This document shows, piece by piece, positions 58,818 through 64,000 of a stretch of DNA of 64,000 bases. The translations under genes were made by a program, and so were the position numbers. Under the pieces are notes generated by a model, which worked only from the letters and a program-made list of their open reading frames with translations, was not told the origin of the DNA and made no database searches. The stretch comes from the human T2T-CHM13v2.0 reference genome, Homo sapiens. Positions within the stretch are counted from its first letter, which is position 1; each line of letters opens with the position of its first letter. The stretch is from the NCBI RefSeq assembly GCF_009914755.1, contig NC_060938.1; one strand, 5' to 3'.

Positions 58818-61044
58818 CATGTTAGTCCATTCTCATGCTCCTAATAAAGATGTACCCAAGACCAGGTAATGTATAAAGAAAAAGATGCTTAATGGACTCA
58901 CAGTTCCATGTGGCTGTGGAGGCCTCACAATTATGACAGAAGCAAAGGAGGAGCAAAGTCATGTCTTACATGGAACAGGCAAAAGAGAAGTGCAGTGCAA
59001 AGAGGGAAAAATCCCCTTATAAAACTATCAGATCTCATGAGAACTAACTCACTATCATGAGAACAGCATGGGAAAGACCAACCCCCATGACACAATTCCC
59101 TCCCACCAGGTTCCTCCCAATTCAAGATGATACTTTTGGGTGGGGACAGAGCCAAACCATATCATTCTACCCCTGGCCCCTCTCAAATCTCATGTCCTCA
59201 CATTTCAAAACCAATCATGCCTTCTCAACAGTCCAAAGTCTTAACTCATTTCAGTATTAACTCAGAAGTCCACAGTCAAAATTCCCATCTGAGACAAGGC
59301 AAGTCGCTTCTACCTATGAGCCTATAAAATCAAAAGCAAGTTAGTTATCCCCCAGATACAATGGGTGTACAGGCAATGGGTAAACATCCAAATGGAAGAA
59401 ATTGGCCAAAGCAAAGGGGCTATAGGACCCGTGCAAGTCTGAAATTCAATAGGGCAGTCATTAAACTTTAAAGTTCCAAAATAATCTCTTTCTACTCCAT
59501 GTCTCACATCCAGTTCATGCTAAAGCAAAAGGTGTGCTCCCACAGCATGGGAAGCTCTGCTCCTGTGGCTTTTCCAGGCATGTGGAGCATGCTATCAATG
59601 GATCTACCATCTGGCGTCTAGGGGACAGTGGCCCTCTTCTCACAGCTCTACTAGGCAGTGCTCCAGTGGGGACTCTGTGTGGTGGCTCCAACTCAACATT
59701 TCCCTTCTGAACTGCCCTAGCAGAGGTTGTTTATGAGGGCCCCAGTCCTGCAGCAAACTTCTGCCTGGACACCCAGGCATTTCCATACATCCTCTGAAAT
59801 CTAGGTGGAGGTTCCAAAACCTCAATTCTTGATTTCTGTGCACTCACAGGCCCAACTTCACATGTAAGCTGCCAAGGCTTGGGGTTTGCATCCTCTGAAG
59901 GAACAGACTGAGCTGTGTGATGGCCCCTTTTAGCCACAGCTGGAGCTGAAACAGCTGGGATGCAGAACACCATGTTTGGAGACTACATAGAGCAGGGAGG
60001 GGGACTCTGGGACCAGCCCACAAAACCATTTTTTCCTCCTAGGCCTCCAGGCCTGTGATGTCAGGGGCTGCCATGAAGGTCTCTGAAATGCCCTAGAGAC
60101 ATTTTCCCCATTGCCTTGGAAATTAGCATCTGGCTCCTTGTTAATTATATGAATTTCTGCAGCTGGCTTGAATTTCTTCGCAGAAAAAGAGTTTTTATTT
60201 TCTACTGCATCAGGCTGCAAACTTTTCAAACTTTTATGGTTTTCAAACTTTTATGGTTTTCAAACTTTTATGCTCTGTCACCTCTTGAATGCTTTGCTGC
60301 TTAAATTTCTTCCACCAGATACTCCAAATCATCTCTCTCAAATTCAAAGTTTCATGGATCTCCAGGGCAGGGGCAAAATGCTACCAGTCCTTTGTATAGC
60401 AACAGTGACCTTTACTCTAGTTTCCAACTAGAGTAAAGTTCTTCATCTCCATCTAAGACCCTTTCAGCCTGGATTTTATTGTCCATATCACTATCAGCAT
60501 TTTGGTCAAAGCCAATCAAGAAGTCTCTCAGAAGTTCCAAACTTTCCTACATTTCCCTATCTTCTTCTGAGTCCTCCAAACTGTTCCAACCTCTGCCTGT
60601 TCCCCAGTTCCAAAGTCACTTTCACATTTTTGGGTATCTTTAAAACAGCACCCCACTCCCAGTAACAATTTATTGTATTATTCATTCTCTCAATGCTAAT
60701 AAAGACATACCTGAGATAGAGTAATTTACAAAGGAAAGAGGTTTAATTGACTCACATTTCCACATGGCTGGGGAGGCCTCACAATCATGGCAATAGGCAA
60801 ATGAGGAGCAAAGTCATGTCTTAAATGGCAGCCGGCAAGAGAGAAGTCCAGTGCAAAAGGGGGAAAAGCCCCTTATAAAATCATCAGATTTTGTGAAAGC
60901 TAACTTACTATCATGACAATGGCACTGAAAGATCCATCCCCATGATTCAATTCCATCCCACCAGGTTTCTCCCATGACACAGGGGAATTATGGGAGCTAC
61001 AATTCAAGACGAGACTTGGGTGGGGACACAGCCAAATCATATCA
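58818..61044 (-). mobile_element. Complete THE1 (THE1C/D-like) element: LTR 60674-61044, internal 59165-60673, LTR 58818-59164
   Basis: Two same-orientation LTRs, each ending 'ggggtggggaca.agccaaa.catatca'. ~1.5 kb THE1-int between them (ORF 59731 'EVLEPPPRFQRMYGNAWVSRQKFAAG'). Confidence 0.93.
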
Positions 61045-61188
61045 CTCAGCATGTGTGAATTGATAAATTTTCTCATGACATTATGAGGGTATAAAATACA
61101 ACAATAGCAATTACAGAAACCCATAAAAACTTCTACTGAAACTTGCACAGCATCCCTAGCTTATAGATTGTTACTAAAATGTGAAAAG

Positions 61189-61207
61189 CACACACACACA
61201 CACACAC
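61189..61207. repeat. (CA)n microsatellite
   Basis: Read directly. Confidence 0.9.
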
Positions 61208-62009
61208 CCCTCATGAGCATAAAGTTTAGTTCATATCTTGTTTAGGGTTGAAATTATGTTTCAGACAAATGTGCTAAACACAACAAATTTGTGGAATCAT
61301 GAGGCCATCAGTATTCATTTGATTTATTAATGTTTGTTCTACAAGTGTATGTGAGGAACCCACTTTGCTAAAAATTGGTTAGATAATAAAAGGATATATA
61401 AATGAAGAAGTCATATATCTGATATGTACAGTGTAGTCATATAAAAAAGACAACTTCTCAAGTAAATATACAATCAGTTAAAAATAGTTTCATGCAACAA
61501 TAGAGGTTAAAATTTCAATCAAAGGAATGATTACTTCAAAGAGTAGTGATTGGCAAGATTATACAAGATGATCATATACATACAGATTCTGTGATCATGG
61601 TAAGGGACATGTCAGAGATTTACTAAAACCCCAGGTCCCCTTTACATTTTCTAATGGTGATTATTTGTTAATAGTATTGTAAAATAGAGAAATTATGAGT
61701 AAATTTTTATTCCTAGCATCATTTGCTAATGTCTCCTGGAAAAAATTCTGAGCAACTATTTCTTTCATAAACAAAGCAAACTTTATTATTGAATATCTAC
61801 TTAACAACCTAACAACCATATGCTTTACAGAAACAGATGCTTATTTTTATATTAATTTAAAATAAATATATAAATTAGAGAACTCAAGACTAATATAAGT
61901 TTGTTGGCCTGTTCTTTCAAATATTCAGCTGTTCTACACATAAGTTTCTGAAGTATTAATTTAGCCATAACTCTTAGTTGTCTATTCAATATCTGTTGTA
62001 TCTTTTTTC

Positions 62010-62350
62010 CCCACTGTAAAAATATCTATATTGAAGTTTCAACATGTAATGCTCAAAATACACATCTTTTTCATATTGTCTTGCAGCAAAGCTTGACCAT
62101 GAGATAAAATTCTAACCAATAATATGTAAGAGGAATTAGATAAAAGGCTTCAGTGAGAGTTTTAGTGTCTTCCTGATTAAAAAAAAAGGCTCATAAATTT
62201 CTTTGGTTTTTATTCCTTCTTCTGTGTACCTGGAATACAGTCTGTTACCTGAAGGAGCATCTTATAAGTATAAGGAAACAGTAAATCTATTTTATGTTAA
62301 AGGCATTGATATTTGGACTTTTTGTTATTTGCAACAAATGTATTTATAAT
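62010..62350 (+). mobile_element. Possible ancient ERVL/MaLR LTR remnant (LTR33/LTR16-like)
   Basis: 'cttgcagc...gaccatgagataaaattctaaccaat...tgtaagaggaa' and 'ttaaaggcattgatatttggactttttgttatttgcaac'. Confidence 0.35.
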
Positions 62351-62399
62351 GCAAGCACTTATTTGTTGTGTTTTACATTGGTAATTTTTGCGTATTAAA

Positions 62400-62920
62400 A
62401 AATGCAATAAACTTTACATTAGCACCCAGAAAAGAAATATTTATGTATAAATCTAACAAACTATGTTCAAGACTTATATGAAGTAAAGTACAAAACTGTG
62501 ATGAAAGAAATTAAAGAAGAGCTAAAAACTTGGAGAAGTATTTCATGTTCATAAAGAGGAAGACTCAATATTGTAAAGATATCATTCTTTCCAACTTAAT
62601 TTACAGGTTCAGTGTAATCTCAATACAAAATCCCAAGTTATCTTATGGATAATGATAAATTGATTCTAATATTAATATGAATAGGCAAAAGATGCAGAAT
62701 AGCAAACACAGTATTAAAGAAAAAGAATAAAGTTAGAGGACTGATACTACCTTGCTTTGAGAATTTCTACAAAGCTAAGGTAATCAATTCAGGGTTGTAT
62801 TGACAAAGAAATACACAAATAGATCAATGGAAAAGAATAGGGAGTGAAGGAATAAACCCATATAAATATAGCCAATTGATCTTTCACAAAGTACAAAGGC
62901 AATACAATGCAGGAAAGATA
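62400..62920 (+). mobile_element. L1M ORF2 fragment
   Basis: 'ataaatctaacaaa...tgatgaaagaaattaaagaagagctaaa...ggaagactcaatattgtaaagat...aaagttagaggactgatactacc'. Confidence 0.85.
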
Positions 62921-64000
62921 TGAGGGAAATTTTAAAAATATGTAGAAAACTGGAATTTAAAGATAAAAATTAAAGATATAAACTTTTTAACATTAACTCC
63001 ATCAAGTTCAAGACAATTTTGTAAGAGATGGTACCAATTGTTGGGTCAATCCCTAAAGAACTGAGGGTCTTGGGAATTTACCAATGTCAATGCTTTTTTA
63101 CATTATCAACTGAAGAAAAATGGCCACGCTTTTTAGATTTTTTAATATTAGGAAGAAAAAGAAATCAGAAGAAATCAAATTAAAACTGCAAGGGGGATGC
63201 CTAATGATTTCCCATTGAAACTCTTGCAAAATTGCTCTTGTTTGAGAGGTATGAGCAGGAACCTTGTCATGGTGGAGAAAAGACTCTAGTGAAGCTCTCT
63301 CAGGTGTTTTCTGCTAAAGCTGTGGCAAACTTTCTCAAAACACCCTTATAATAAACAGATGTTATCATTATTTGGCCCTCCAGAAAGTCAACAATCGAAA
63401 TTCCTTTGAGCATCCTTAAAAACTGTCACCATGATATTTGCTCTTGACTGATCTGTTTTGCTTTGACTAGTCCACTTCCATCTCTTGGTAGCCATTGCTT
63501 TGATTCTTCTTTGTCTTCGAGATCATACTGTTAAAGCCATGTTCCATCTTTTGTTACAATTCTTCAAAGAAATGCTTCATGATATTGATTCCACTTTTTA
63601 AAATTTCAATTGAAAGCTCTACTCTTATCTGTAGCTCATCTGTGTGCAATGGTTTTGGCACCCACAAAGTGAAAAGTTTGCTCACCTTTGATTTTACAAT
63701 CAGAATTGTGTAGGCTGGACCAATTGAGGTTTCCAGGCTGTTACCTAATTGTGCTGTTAATTTTTGGTGCTCTTCAATTAGGGCACAAACAAGATTTTTT
63801 TTTTTCTCACAAACTGATGTGGATGGTCTGCTTTTGTGAGCTTTCATCTTCAACATCATCTTGTCCCTTCTTAACTTCAGTTATAATTTGTAAACTGCTG
63901 ATTTCTTTTGGGTATTGTCCCCATAGGCTTTTGGTCAATTATTTTTCTGTTTCGGCTCAAGCCTCACCATAAATTTGATGCTTGTTCTTGCTTCATTTTA
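62921..64000 (-). mobile_element. HSMAR2 mariner transposon with a decayed transposase; runs off the window end
   Basis: TA followed by TIR-like 'tgagggaaattttaaaaa'. ORF 63554..63859 has the mariner 'WVPK' motif. Degenerate catalytic motifs on the minus strand: RIVTKDGTW, LHHDKVP and PCSFNLISSDF (for YSPDLAPSD). Confidence 0.92.

Overview
This is AT-rich, repeat-dense primate genomic DNA, most likely human or another great ape, given the AluJ/S/Y, young L1PA, THE1, MER41, LTR10 and HSMAR2 elements. I find no supportable protein-coding gene, RNA gene, CRISPR array or prokaryote-type system. Nearly all ORFs in the track are fragments of, or antisense to, decayed transposable elements. The window holds many L1 fossils (mostly + strand), including a ~9.7 kb composite L1-in-L1. 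It also holds a two-LTR MER4-group provirus with a nested LTR10, a complete THE1 element, a MER41-in-MER21-in-L1 nest, seven Alu elements, MIRs and DNA transposons (MER5A, Tigger3a, HSMAR2). The structure these families do not explain is a set of local templated events: an out-of-order 166-bp copy inside an L1, a 60-bp repeat pair 972 bp apart, a pre-miRNA-sized hairpin and a quasi-palindrome converted to a perfect stem. There is also one well-formed candidate non-coding exon on the minus strand. Subfamily calls come from recalled consensus sequences and need RepeatMasker/Dfam confirmation. Boundaries without TSDs are approximate. I do not see evidence of a new biological system.
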